DNA of 64,000 nt from Balanoglossus misakiensis (GCA_040954595.2 CM082592.2:7303677-7367676), one strand, 5' to 3'; counted from the stretch's first letter, positions 50,203 to 62,200 are shown. Made by a program: numbers and translations. Notes: generated by a model not told the origin, from the sequence alone.

Positions 50203-52030
50203 ATGGTAAGTTGTGGGTGCAATATGCCTAACTGTTTATAGTGTGACTGCAGTACAGCTGAATGCAATATACCATCCACTACCCGAGGTTTTGCCTCGAT
50301 GAGACGAAACTTCCGGTTTCAGTACTGCATCTTCATCTTCATATCTTCATCTTCACTCGTACATGATGAATTGTTACGTGTGCAGAGAATATAGAAACAG
50401 TCCATCGTCGTCTGCCTTTGAATAGCTGAAGCGTGAATGTAGTTTCTTTCCGTGGGTGAAGTTACTACAATGATAAAGCTGGTGAGTGGTGTAGTGTACA
50501 AAAACGTTGCCATGGTTACCACTACTTGCTACATGGATCAACAGTGATTTACCGGCACGTTTGTTTTCATTTTCAGTCAAAACGAAAAGGTCTGAGTTTG
50601 GAGGAGAAGAGGACCAAGATGATGGAAATCTTCTTTGAAAAAGTAAGTTTTGTCTAATTTACATATAACTGACAAAACTGCAAGGGACCTGCAACTACAT
50701 GTACATTACTGTTGTATTTTTACTTCTCTTCTTTATCCAGAAAGATTTTTTCCAGTTGAGAGAATTGGAAAAAATTGCACCGAAAGAAAAGGGAATAAGT
50801 AAGTTTTTGAGCATATTTTTGAAATGTTTGTCAAGTCAATGAAGCCTTACATAAGTGAAATGTACTTAGTTCATAGTTGGTTCTTGGTAGAATTCATTTG
50901 TTATATTTGGTAGACCCTATCAAACTTCCTCCATTTATATTTTTATAGCATCAATGTCAGTGAAGGATGTAGTACAAAGTCTGGTGGACGATGCAATGGT
51001 AGACACTGATAAAATCGGCACATCTATTTATTTCTGGGCCTTTCCCAGCAAAACCAGCCAGAATGTGAGTATCAGTTACATTTTGCTTGATGGTTTTTTA
51101 AGGTCACCTATGCAAATTTAGCTACAGTTACCATGGCAAATTGAGATCAGAGGGATTAGTGTTTTATATGTAGCATCTTTTCTGAAGCTATTAACCCTTA
51201 GATTGACGGGTTTCCATCTGTATCTCCAAAAAGTGCAAACGGAAGATAAGCGATTTGAGTCAGAGACTGGAGGAGAGTGAAAAGAAGAGGATTGCCACCA
51301 AGCAGATGATAGAGAAAGCCAAGAAGGGACGAGAAGACACGGTATGTAAATCACTGCACGATTTTACCAAGATGTATATGTACATGATGTATACTGAAAA
51401 GTACATTGTTCAAAAGTGTTTCAGTACTAAGTCTTTGGATTTCTTTCAGAATGGCTTATTATTTGAGATTGTAGGATTTTTTTTCTAATGATGTTTCAGG
51501 ACCAGCGAGCTGAGCTCTTAACAGAGCTGAAAAGCAAGGAGGAACTGAAGATTCGATTGAGTTCCGAGTTGCAGCAGTACAGAGAATGCGATCCAGAAGT
51601 GCTGAAGGAAATTCAGAATGAAACTGGAACTGCCAAAGAGGCTGTCAGCAGATGGACAGGTGAAGATTTTATCTCCATTAGGTGTAACTTTGACATGTAG
51701 TAATATGTTTTCTTTGTTCAAATCCCTGAAACATGATGAAATGTCCAGTATCCAGCTTATCAACACAGCCTACGTTAGGTATATGGTCAGCACAGTTATT
51801 ATGCAAAATGTGTATTCTAATCCAGGCTAGAATTCATTTGTAAATAATAACAATGGCAGTTGCATACATAAAGCCTATGTTGACAAGTGGTAATATTCTG
51901 ATTTGTTTGTGTGTTACATACAGACAATGTGTTCAACATCAAGTCATGGTGCAAGAAAAAGTTTGGCTTTGAAGAGAAAGTCATTGATAAACAGTTTGGG
52001 ATCCCAGAAGATTTTGATTACTTGGATTAG
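50203..52030 (+). CDS. MND1: Meiotic nuclear division protein 1 (HOP2 partner), 205 aa, 7 coding exons
   Basis: Exons 50203-50205 (ATG only), 50577-50642, 50741-50798, 50949-51064, 51234-51341, 51500-51659 and 51924-52030 total 618 nt. The protein reads [85 protein letters not shown]. Confidence 0.96.
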
Positions 52031-52125
52031 GGTATCAACAGGCACAGACAGAAGTGTTTACAAACATTTGGACCAAACTCATGGTAGTGATGCACCTGGA
52101 GATGGTATGGAATGTCTTTCGGCCT

Positions 52126-54906
52126 TTAAAACAAGGCCAAGAGTTTGGAAAGATCGACGTTTCCTCCTGAGAGTATGACGCCCACTTTCTTGATGTTGGG
52201 TGGGAGTGTCTTGAATTTGTCTGACAAGACTGCTGCCACTGCGACCCCAGTTGAAGGTTCAATGCATAGCTTCATTCTCTCCCACATCATCTTTGTTGCG
52301 CTCTGTGAAGGGAAGGACAATTATAATGGTGTGAGAAATAGTTGGAATATAAGTGAGAAATATGTTTGGGCTGTACTACTGTACTACTGTTCAAAACTAT
52401 TTTTATTTCGTGCAAATTGAAACTTTATCGACTTTAGAGATTTGCCTTACTTTTCTGGTTATATTTCCGGTTTTGTTAGTTTTTCAAAGTCCAAATATAT
52501 CCATCATCCCTATCCTCGTATTATATTTTGACATGTTTTATCATGTTTTAATAGTAATATGGTGCGTTGTATTAAAGGGAAAACAAACAAGAATGAACAT
52601 AAATCCTGCAGGATATGAATCAAGTACTCCCCCCCCCCCCCCCCAGCAGACCATACAGTCTCAAAATTTTAACACCTACAATGATTTCTTCCTCTGTGAC
52701 TGTGAAGACACCTTCCAAGTTATCTTTAAGGATCGGCCATGTGTTCAGACCAACTGAAGCTTTTAGTCCGTCAGCTATAGTGTCCGGGATGTAAGTCAGC
52801 GGAATGCGTTTCTTAGCAGCAAACGACCTGGCCGCATCGTCACAATTCAGTGGCTCTGCCGCAAAGATTTTGATGTCTGGTTTGATATGCTGGAGAAAAT
52901 AAAACAGTTCAGATGACCTGAGTTTCCTAGGAAGACATTTTGGATCCCCCCCCCCCTGCTTGCCCATGAACTAAATGGGCTTAGTATATATTTTCCTTAT
53001 AATTTTGCCTGCTGAGATTTTTGTATGGAAAATGGAAAGGTCTTGCACAATGAACCATTCCGTATCCTGTCCCAACATTTAAGAGTATTTTGCCTTAACT
53101 ACCTTTGCGGCAATGCAGATACCAGCCAACATTCCTCCTCCGGAGATGGGTGCAATAATGGCATCTAGATCTGGAACCTGAAGGTGTAAAGTGCATTTGA
53201 AGAGCTTGAAAATTATCCAGACTTTACATACTTATAAAATCTAAGAACTAGATATATTTATCACACGGTTCTGGAAATTTTGAGTGGTATCTCTCCACAT
53301 AACATAACACACCTGATTGAGAAGTTCGACTGCCATAGTTCCCTGGCCAGCAATGACATCGGGATGTTGTGATGAAGAAATAAAAATAGCTCCTTGTTCC
53401 TTGGCCACTTTGTCCTTCATGTCGGCTCTAGCCTGTACAGGAGATTAAAAATTAGTAAAAATCACCCTTCAATGATCTTATTGATTCTAAAGTGGGAATT
53501 CCACCTGTGTGTGTAAGTTGATGGACTTTTGATTTAATATACTGAAAATCTTTTGAAATATATTGGGAAAGGTTGAGGACCAAATGATACAATATTGAAT
53601 ATGTGAAATATGCATGTAAAAGTGCAATGACTGTGTGTGATATACTTTCTGAAAAGTTATCAGATGTCGAACCACAAGAAAGGCTTGTCACTTTATAGTA
53701 CACGTGCCATACAAATCAAATATTTGAAAGTACTTCTGAACAGTGGACTTCAATCTATTGGTCAGATTATAGTTGACATATGGATAAACAACGTACCATA
53801 TTGATAAGACAGTATATGAACAGGGAGGCCAATTTCTAAAGCCAACAAGCTGCTTAGGTTGAAGGAATAAAGCCTCCATATTACAACATAATTTGGTTAT
53901 TTCTAGTTGTTGGCTCAAATGAGAACTTTTGCGAATTACCTTTTCACCGGGTTCACATAAAACGACTTTTGCACCATAGCCTTCGACAGCATCAATTTTG
54001 ATCTGCGGGGAGATATTCTGCATGACTATGAAAGCCTGCACGTTTTTCAGCTTGGATGAAAGCGCCAGGGCCTGACCGTGATTCCCACTGCTGTGCGTCA
54101 CGACTTTGATGTTGGACTTGTCTTCAGATCTGTCCACCAGTTTGCTCAAAGCATTGTATGCACCTCGAAACTGTAAAAAAAGTGTAGAATGGCATGTTGA
54201 GTTTTAATGCAGGGCAAATCAAATAAAAGTACTGATAAACTTTTGTCTCTGGACTGGAGGCAACAAAAAGGTAGATATAAAAGTCATTTCACCCCCGACA
54301 GTTTACTGCATGTGTCACTGTGTCAGAAGTTTTTTAAATACTATATACTATGCAGAGTAAAGAAGTTTGCAGTTAAAGTCTTCTAGCCACCTCCCCCCCC
54401 CCCCCTTAGAATTGCAAGTGGTTACACCCTTAGACTAATTGCCAGCTGCCTGCCTGCAGCAACAAGTGGGTGGGTCACCTGCTTTGGCATGCGATTATAT
54501 AACTGCGAACTGTAATTGTTGTAAGATCGACCTTGTAAGATCGGTATAAACAGTGGCATAATTGTTGTTGCTGACTGACCGCATTGTGACTGTGAGTTTT
54601 TGTCAAACACGAGTGAAAGATTGTGTGTCATATTCGGTGCACCGTGTCACCAAAGTAAAGCATTTCAAGTCATACCTTGTATGCTCCAGTCTTCTGAAAG
54701 AGTTCGCATTTGAAGAACAGCTCTCTGTCGGTTAAACCGTCCATTGTTTTACTCGTCATAACCGGAGTAACGTGAGCGACCGGCTTGATTCTCTCGACGG
54801 CCTCCGCCACATCTTTGTATGAAGTGCAGTATTCCCCCATTGCTACAACTACAGCCCTCTGGCTTGAAAATGAACGGAGGTGCCGTATGATTTGACGTGT
54901 TGACAT
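52126..54906 (-). CDS. SRR: PLP-dependent serine/aspartate racemase family enzyme, copy A (triple-Ser loop, AspR-type); core starts at 54840, upstream in-frame ATG at 54906
   Basis: Exons 54840(54906)-54676, 54170-53940, 53432-53313, 53177-53103, 52889-52680 and 52302-52126. Motifs are KCELFQKTGAYKFRGA (PLP Lys), VVTHSSGNHGQA, ISSSQHPDVIAGQGT, ISGGGMLAG, TIADGL, EPSTGVAVAAV and ILSGGNVD. Confidence 0.9.
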
Positions 54907-54938
54907 AGAGATTATGGGGTTGGCCTGGGCATAATCAA

Positions 54939-55156
54939 GGCTGCGTTCATAAATAGTGGATGGGGTGGAGCTTGAACATTGGGGTGTAGATGGTAAACAC
55001 GTCTTTCATGATTTTTTATCAACACCAAAATTATGCAATGGAAATATTCACATGATTTGCCCAATATTCACATGATTTTAAGTTGTCTAAAGACCTTCAT
55101 ATTTGATTTTAATAATTCCTCTTGACACCCCCTTAATTAAACTGGTGAACGCAGCC
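54939..55156. mobile_element. ~218-bp TIR element (GGCTGCGTTCA...TGAACGCAGCC), probable Harbinger/Tourist-like MITE just upstream of racemase A
   Basis: It has a perfect 11-bp terminal inverted repeat and an internal direct duplication (AATATTCACATGATTT). The target-site duplication is unclear. Confidence 0.55.
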
Positions 55157-55552
55157 CATATAAGCTTAGGAGAGTAAACACAAAGGTGATTTATGTATGT
55201 GGCCACAATAATTTTACACCCTGGCTATCAGTGTAATATTATTTATGTGTGATAATGCATGGTATATTTTAATAACCGCACACATCTGCAGGTTTACTAT
55301 TAAAGACTGCATCAAGTAAAGCTTTTCAGGTCTATACTTTTTAAGAGTATGTCTGTATTGGTTTGGGTAGTGGATGGCCAGGAACAGTGTCACACAAAAA
55401 GCGACCTATTGAATATGGGTCAGCAAAAGTAACATGTCTGAACACATTGTTGTATGTAGACACACAATACACTGTACACAAATTACCATATAAAAGGGAA
55501 GAAATTGCTTTTTTGACATGGTCAGACAGTCGCACTGCTGCCGAGTTTCCCT

Positions 55553-55643
55553 TTAACCCTTTCACCCCCAGTTCCCCAGTAAAGATCCAACTTTACCCCA
55601 GAAAACAATGGATTTGGACCAAACCACAGTGGTGAAAGGGTTA
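55553..55643 (+). mobile_element. MITE family 1 copy between the racemase paralogues
   Basis: TTAACCCTTTCACCCCCAGTTCC...GGATTTGGACCAAACCACAGTGGTGAAAGGGTTA. Confidence 0.8.
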
Positions 55644-56260
55644 TGGCACATGTGACCTATAGTCAGAAAGAATGCACCATTTCAAGCTATATCAAAAATC
55701 CATGCAATTTTATTACTGTTTACCTTTTGTTTGATTTTACATTGGCAAAATTCTTAAATAATTGATGCTACTAAAACTGTACAGTTCTATTTCACAAAAA
55801 ATTCTGTACAACTGAAGTTTTCAGTAATCAATGTTTAGATATTGCAATGTTGCAATATTGTTGATTCTTAAAAAATATGAACTTAAAATGAGTACTCTTA
55901 GAAAATGATAAGTTGCACTCTTAGTATATTACTCATTACAGAGTTAAGTGACCAAATTTTTAGTCTCAAGTTTTTCCATCTGTAAAAGTACAAAACAAAT
56001 AATGTTACAGACACTTCAACATACTGTATGTTTCAAAGAAATCAATCCTGAATTCTCTACATCTGCTATTTGAGTTGGTACTTTTTGACCAGGTACTGGT
56101 CCTTGTTAGAAATTGAAAGCATGCCTTATTTCTGATCAGTGATGCAGCTATGCCAATGTCACACACCGAAAAGCATTTTTTTAAATGTCAAACACATATA
56201 TACGTCACAAACGTCCTATTTCAGGGTCTTTGAAGTTGTTGTTGATGAAGCAGATGGTGT

Positions 56261-58633
56261 TCAAAACCAGGTGGAAAGCTTGGAGAGATCCAGATTTCCT
56301 CCGGACAATACGATGCCGACTTTCTTGATGTCTGCCGGAAGGGCCTTGAATTTGTCTGACAAGACCGCGGCTACAGCAGTGCCGGAAGAGGGCTCCACAC
56401 ACAGCTTGACCCTCTCCCACATCAACTTTGTCGCTTTCTGGAAGACAAGGAAAAGGAACGAATAAATATGAACAGTTTCTTGTAAGATGTAGCCCTTGAA
56501 CATAGAAAACTTCCCACGCAAAGACGTGGCCATACAGGGCTAAGATAGTCATCCCAGGGCATTCGATTTAGTCTGAGTCTACACTTTAACCCTCACCACC
56601 ATGGTTTGGTCCAACTCCATTGTTCTCATTGGCAGTGTTGGACCTTTCTACAGGGAAATAGGGGTGAAGGGGTTAACACACATTTGAAGTTGGTGCCTGA
56701 GTGACCCTGGTAACCCTTTCAAAACTTACAATGATTTCTTCCTCAGTGACTGTAATGACGTCTTCTACATTATCTTTGATGATTGGCCAAGTGTTCGGAC
56801 CAACCGATGTCTTCAGACCGTCGGCTACTGTATCGGGCGGGCCAGGAAGAGGGATGCGAGTTTTTGAAGCAAACGACTTGGCACAGTCATCGGCATTTAG
56901 CGGCTCTGCTGCGAAGATCTTGATGCCTGGTTTAATATGCTGGAGGAAATTTGATAAGAATGGAATCAATACATTACTATGAATCTTCTTTCTGATCATT
57001 CACACCTTTAACATTAAACCTTATCAATCGATTCCAACACGAGAAGATCACTTTCTATAAAGTCTATAATATGGTGCAAGTCATATTACAACCATTCACA
57101 GAATCCCTAATGTTTGTGCTCACCTTGGCAGCAATGCAGATTCCTGCAACCATGCCACCACCAGAGACTGGGGCCACAATGGCATCAAGATCAGGAACCT
57201 GAAATACAGAAATAGGTCAATACAGTCAAAACTTCAGGGTCAGTAGGCAAACAGGAGGTTGGATTATTGGAAGAGCCACCTGTCCCTTATTCATATTTTC
57301 TAACTCACACGTACCTGATTTAGAAGTTCGACCCCCATGGTTCCTTGGCCAGCAATGACATCTGGATGTTGCGATGAAGAAATGAAGATAGCACCCTCCT
57401 CCTTGGCAACTCTGTCTTTGACCTCTTCTCTTGACTGTAAAATAATATTATATATAGAATGCATAAGTATATGTTTGAATGATCATGTTTCCCTATCAAA
57501 ACAGTCCCTCCATCTCCCGTCAAGCAACAAGGTCTTGTATCGAGAAGGGCGCCCCCCCCCCCCCCCTGTGGCCATATTTATCGGCTTGCAACAGAGATAC
57601 AAGTACATGTATATAAATTCTTCAATGGATTGATTTGAATTTTTATAGAATACCCATAATTTTGTCATACCTTTTCTCCAGGTTCACATTCAACCACTGT
57701 AGCACCGTAACCCTTGACAGCGGCAACTTTGATCTTGGGAGAAATGTTCTGCATAACGATGAACGCCGGCACGTTCTTCATTTTGGCCGCGAGTGCCAGC
57801 GCTTGGCCATGATTCCCACTGCTGTGCGTCACCACCTTGATGCTGGACTTGTCTTCAGCTTTCTCTATTAGCTTGCTGACAGCGTTGTAAGCACCACGAA
57901 ACTGCAAGAAAAGAAAAGGGTGTGATTATTCAGCTGAGGAAGATGAAATTATCAATACGAGTATAGCATCAATGGCAATAACTATATCAAGGAATTTAAC
58001 AACAGGTCAAGTTCATAAACTATTTCAACATTGTTTTGAGGGGAAGGAATGCCACAGTATTAGGCTTGGCAATTATCCAGTTATGGCATATATCTTGCTA
58101 ATTTTGTAAAGAAAGATAAATGAATATCCATTGCTGTAAAAACATTGCATATGCAGGGCCACTCAAGTGATCTGGTATCTAATCATACCAGACACAGCAG
58201 TTTGACTATCAGTAAATCCCCTGTTTAATTATTTGCAGTGTGATTACTGATACTTGACCGATTGTGACCTTCCTCATCTCAAGGTTATATCGACACACGA
58301 TGACACTGACATGACAGCCAAGTATTCGACTTGCAAATACCGGAGATCGGATACGCAGAAATCAAGGAAATAACGTTCATCTGTACAGCTACAACAACTG
58401 TAACGTATTAAAGGGTGGAAAACATCTTCAGGATCATATACCGCGGCTATTATACGTGCACGGCCTACCTTGAAAGCGCCGACCTTCTGAAAGAGTTCAC
58501 ATTTGAAGAACAGCTCCCTGCCAGCGAAACCGTCCATCGTTTTACTCGTCATTACCGGAGTAACATGGGCAGCCGGCTTGATTCTTTCGACAGCCTCCTC
58601 CACATCTTTGTACGTTATACAGTAGTCGCCCAT
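56261..58633 (-). CDS. SRR: PLP-dependent serine/aspartate racemase family enzyme, copy B (triple-Ser loop, AspR-type), 325 aa
   Basis: Exons 58633-58469, 57901-57671, 57434-57315, 57198-57124, 56939-56730 and 56437-56261 have the same lengths as the copy A core (165/231/120/75/210/177). Motifs are KCELFQKVGAFKFRGA, HSSGNHGQA, ISSSQHPDVIAGQGT and VLSGGNLD. Confidence 0.9.
56586..56676 (-). mobile_element. MITE family 1 copy (reverse) in the last intron of racemase B
   Basis: TTAACCCTCACCACCATGGTTTGGTCCAA...GGGGTGAAGGGGTTAA. Confidence 0.75.
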
Positions 58634-59244
58634 CGTGCCGATCCACTGCAGCCTACAAACCCTAAAATGTACAGGAACCCGAAGCAACCGCTTGCAGTTC
58701 GCCGCACGACCTACACCAGCTTCACACGACTTAAATATGCAAATAAACCGTGACATATATCCCGTCGGGTTATTTGTCATGTGACCAATCGCAGTGCGAC
58801 CTTGAATGACCTACAAGGAGAGAGAATGAATGGAAAATATTGACAACTGACAATGCGAAACGATTTTGGCTTACATTTTCACGAAATTAAGAACCAAAAC
58901 TACAGACTACACGTTTCCTGGAAATAAACCTGGTAATACAACAATTACAATATAACGGTTCCATCCAAAGTTCAGCTGAGGACAGAGAAACGCACGATTC
59001 TCACCTCACGATTGTCGAAAATGTCTTGCAAAACGCGACGCCCAAAAAAACCCACACCAACAAATTGTTGCTTGAAAGCCCTGCTCAGCTCTGAAGATTG
59101 ATCGAAGTTTGGTTGTATTTTGATTTAATGCACGTAGCTTTCGAACAACTCTACTGCAGTCCCTCCACACACGTACGCCTCTGTAGAACTAGCCACCCCT
59201 TTCAGAAAATAGACGCGTCTCGCACCTGCGCAATTTTGAAATTC
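58634..59244. promoter_or_regulatory. Bidirectional promoter region racemase B (-) / SMG6 (+)
   Basis: The divergent starts are about 610 bp apart and the region is CpG-enriched. It contains ATGCAAAT (~58737) and CCAATC (~58785). Confidence 0.5.
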
Positions 59245-62200
59245 ATGATGGCGTCCGATGTTGATGTTGTGCGAGTAACCGAATCTCAACTTCGAGAAAT
59301 AGCGGATAAACGACATGAATACAAGTCGAAGACTTCATTAAAAGGTGAGTAAAGTCGCTGTGAACAAGCAAGGCGGCACCACGAACAGTATGATGCGTGC
59401 ACAAAATTTCGTCGAGGATGATTTCATCCGGCACAAATCGTTATCACAGCAGCTCAGGGAAGTAAACATTGCTGCTTGTCCGTTGCCGTCAAACTGCAGA
59501 CCAATAATGTCGTATTGAGAAAATGTGTCTGATTTCTGCATACGAACTCTTTTAGGGATGATTACGTAGGTACCTCCGATCTTGCCTTTAAGTGATCTAA
59601 CGTTAACCTGTCAAGCATATCTTACTATAAAACGGTTTTAATAAATTTGTAGGAGGAGAAATTACTGCAAACGAACAGCGCCATCGAAACAGCTGCAGGC
59701 GCGTACATGTATACACGGATTGCAAACTGCGTATCCCTGACCCTTGTGTGTTAGTGACCTTGATATATTTGTACATGAGCTCATGAATGCATGTCCCCTC
59801 AGGACACTACTGTAGCACTGAGGTACTAACTACGTACTATAGAAGAACTACAGCGTTGAAAAATTATTCTCAAATCATGAGAACTGAAAGCCGCATACTC
59901 AAGACCCTCCATCATTTCCTTGCAGAAAATACCATGCAGCAGAGTCAAGATAAGTCTGGAAGAGATGGACGGAAGAAGAGAGAGTCTAAGCGACCGGCAA
60001 TGGCCTTCTATCAGCCAGGAGTTTCAAGACTCAGTAGTAGAAAAGGTGAATCAAGTGGAACATCTCCACCCGATGAAAGAGACAGGAACGAAACAACGCC
60101 GGCCAGAACAGAAGCTGTCGCTGATGAGCGTAGAGACAGCAGAGAGAATGTGACAGTGAGCGTTGAAAGTGAGCCTGGAAAAAGTCCCGGAGACAAAGGT
60201 GCTGCAAAGCCGCTGTATGTCAGAAAAGTAAGAAGTGAACCCGCGAAAAGTTCACAAGAGAAAACTGGTACCAGTCCCCAATCGCAAAGTGATGCAAAGC
60301 CAACAGTCGACTCTCAAGACAGAAAAGACGGCAGGAGATCCAAGAAACCAGACAGAGTGTTGTACTCGGTACGGAACAGGGAAGGACCGCACCATGAACA
60401 TAAGGAAGACGTTTCTGAAGAGAGGCAGGATCAAGCTCCTGCCAAGAAGGCAGCACCAGCCAAAGCGAAAGGGCAGCAGGACTTTCAGAAAAGGACAAAA
60501 CCGGACCAGGACAAGACACAGCCCAGAAAGACGTCACCACCCGCTCAGGCCGGCGAGAAGGAGCGCGATGGTCGGAAGGTTGCCATGGATCCAGTCGGAG
60601 AGATCACCATCACCCTGTCCAGCGTCGACGTCAGCGACCAGGACAGAGCGCCGGATCATTCCGGGAAGAAGTCCGGCAAGCGATATTCCAGAAACAAGCA
60701 CGAAAGGTACCGGACCGAGAGCACGGGGAGCGACCTGAGTCTGAACAGCAACGAAGACAGCTTCTCCATCCCCCACCATGAAGATTGGGAGGCGGAGATG
60801 ATGGACGTGGGTCCTCCCCTGATGGGCACCTGGGAGAACCAGAGACGAGAGCGCGCGGGACCAAAGAGGAGGGCAGCCGGCGGGAGGAGGCACGCCAAGC
60901 ATGGCGCCAACGACCTTGCGTATGACGGGCAGACCTACATCATTCAGAGGACAGAAAACTGGGAAGAGGACATAGCAGACGTGGGAGACCAGCAGAGAGA
61001 AGCGAAGCCGCGCCATACAACTGACAGGAATCAGGGCGCACATCATAAGACAAGAGAAGAAGGTTTCAACAAGACTCAGCAGTCTTCTCCGAGGGCAAAA
61101 GAGCCACCGTCTACCAACCTGAAGGATCAGAGGCGGGGTGATAGAGGCAGGCATGAGAGACGGGAAGACAGGCCGGCTAGAGACAGGCAAAGTAGCAGCA
61201 GGGACAAAAGGGAGGAGAAACAAAGCGTTCAGAAGGAAACCTCCCACGATGATCACAGGAAAGGTCGGCTGAATGTGACTTTCAACGAACACGTCAGGGA
61301 AGTGAAAGTGCCGGCGGGGGAAGAGAGGACGGGGAAGACCCGGCCGCTCAACATAAGAGAGAGGAAAGAACCGAAAAGCCACGCGAGAGATGTGCCTCGT
61401 TCGCTCAGAAACGACCACGAGGAGTCTCTCAAAGGAACAAGTCCGACTGCACGAGGGGGAGGTATTATCCATTTGCCCCACAATGTGCACCTGAGCAGCT
61501 CTCCCACAAGCGACGGTCACACCCACAGACGTACGCATCCTGAACACAGCAGAGGTTACAGAGGTCGGGGCAGGCCGCACGACCACAGCCGACTCTGGGA
61601 TCCCAGCAAACAGCAGCAGCCGAAGGCGGCGGGGAACAGGCCAAGTCCACCGCAGCTGCAATTCCACGACCCCGAGTTCGACCGGAACTATTCAAGAGAA
61701 TCCGAATTCCAGCACTCGCCGGGAACGTATCATCACCGCGGCGAGTACTTCCCGGACTTTCCGCCGCTCGGCCGGGAACAGCCTTACCAGGAGTCTGGGT
61801 ACCCGGACAGGCGTTACACGCACCCACCCACCTACCCAAATCGGGGCCAGCACCCGTATCCCTACTACGAGCCTGGGTACGGTTACCCGGCCGGGGAGGG
61901 TGACCGGGACAGAAGCTGGGGTGAACAGGTAGACAGGTCGGCGCCCTTATACTCCCCACCACCTGTTAGCAGTCCATCATTCCAAGACCACGCGAAGACC
62001 CATTTCAGTGACCGGGAAGATGACGCGGTCCTGCAGAATGTCAAGGCCAGAAATCAAGGCTCTGCTCTGAGACTTCTCAACCAGGCAAAGCCATTAGAAA
62101 TCCAACTAAGCAACATTTTATCCAGAAGATTTCATGGGACAGAAAGTATGGACGCTGTCTTCAGACTTAGGTATGTCTTGCTTTTTGCGTGTATCCTTCA

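Noticed and set aside
50362-50430. ATGATGA...CTGA C/D-box snoRNA-like pattern in MND1 intron 1
   Set aside because: The terminal stem is weak and I recognise no rRNA-complementary guide. It would need a snoscan or Infernal search.
60534-61667. 377-aa antisense ORF, and similar antisense/alternate-frame ORFs at 13213-13856 and 37074-38852
   Set aside because: They are shadows of long purine-biased coding exons in SMG6, EFCAB5 and SSH.
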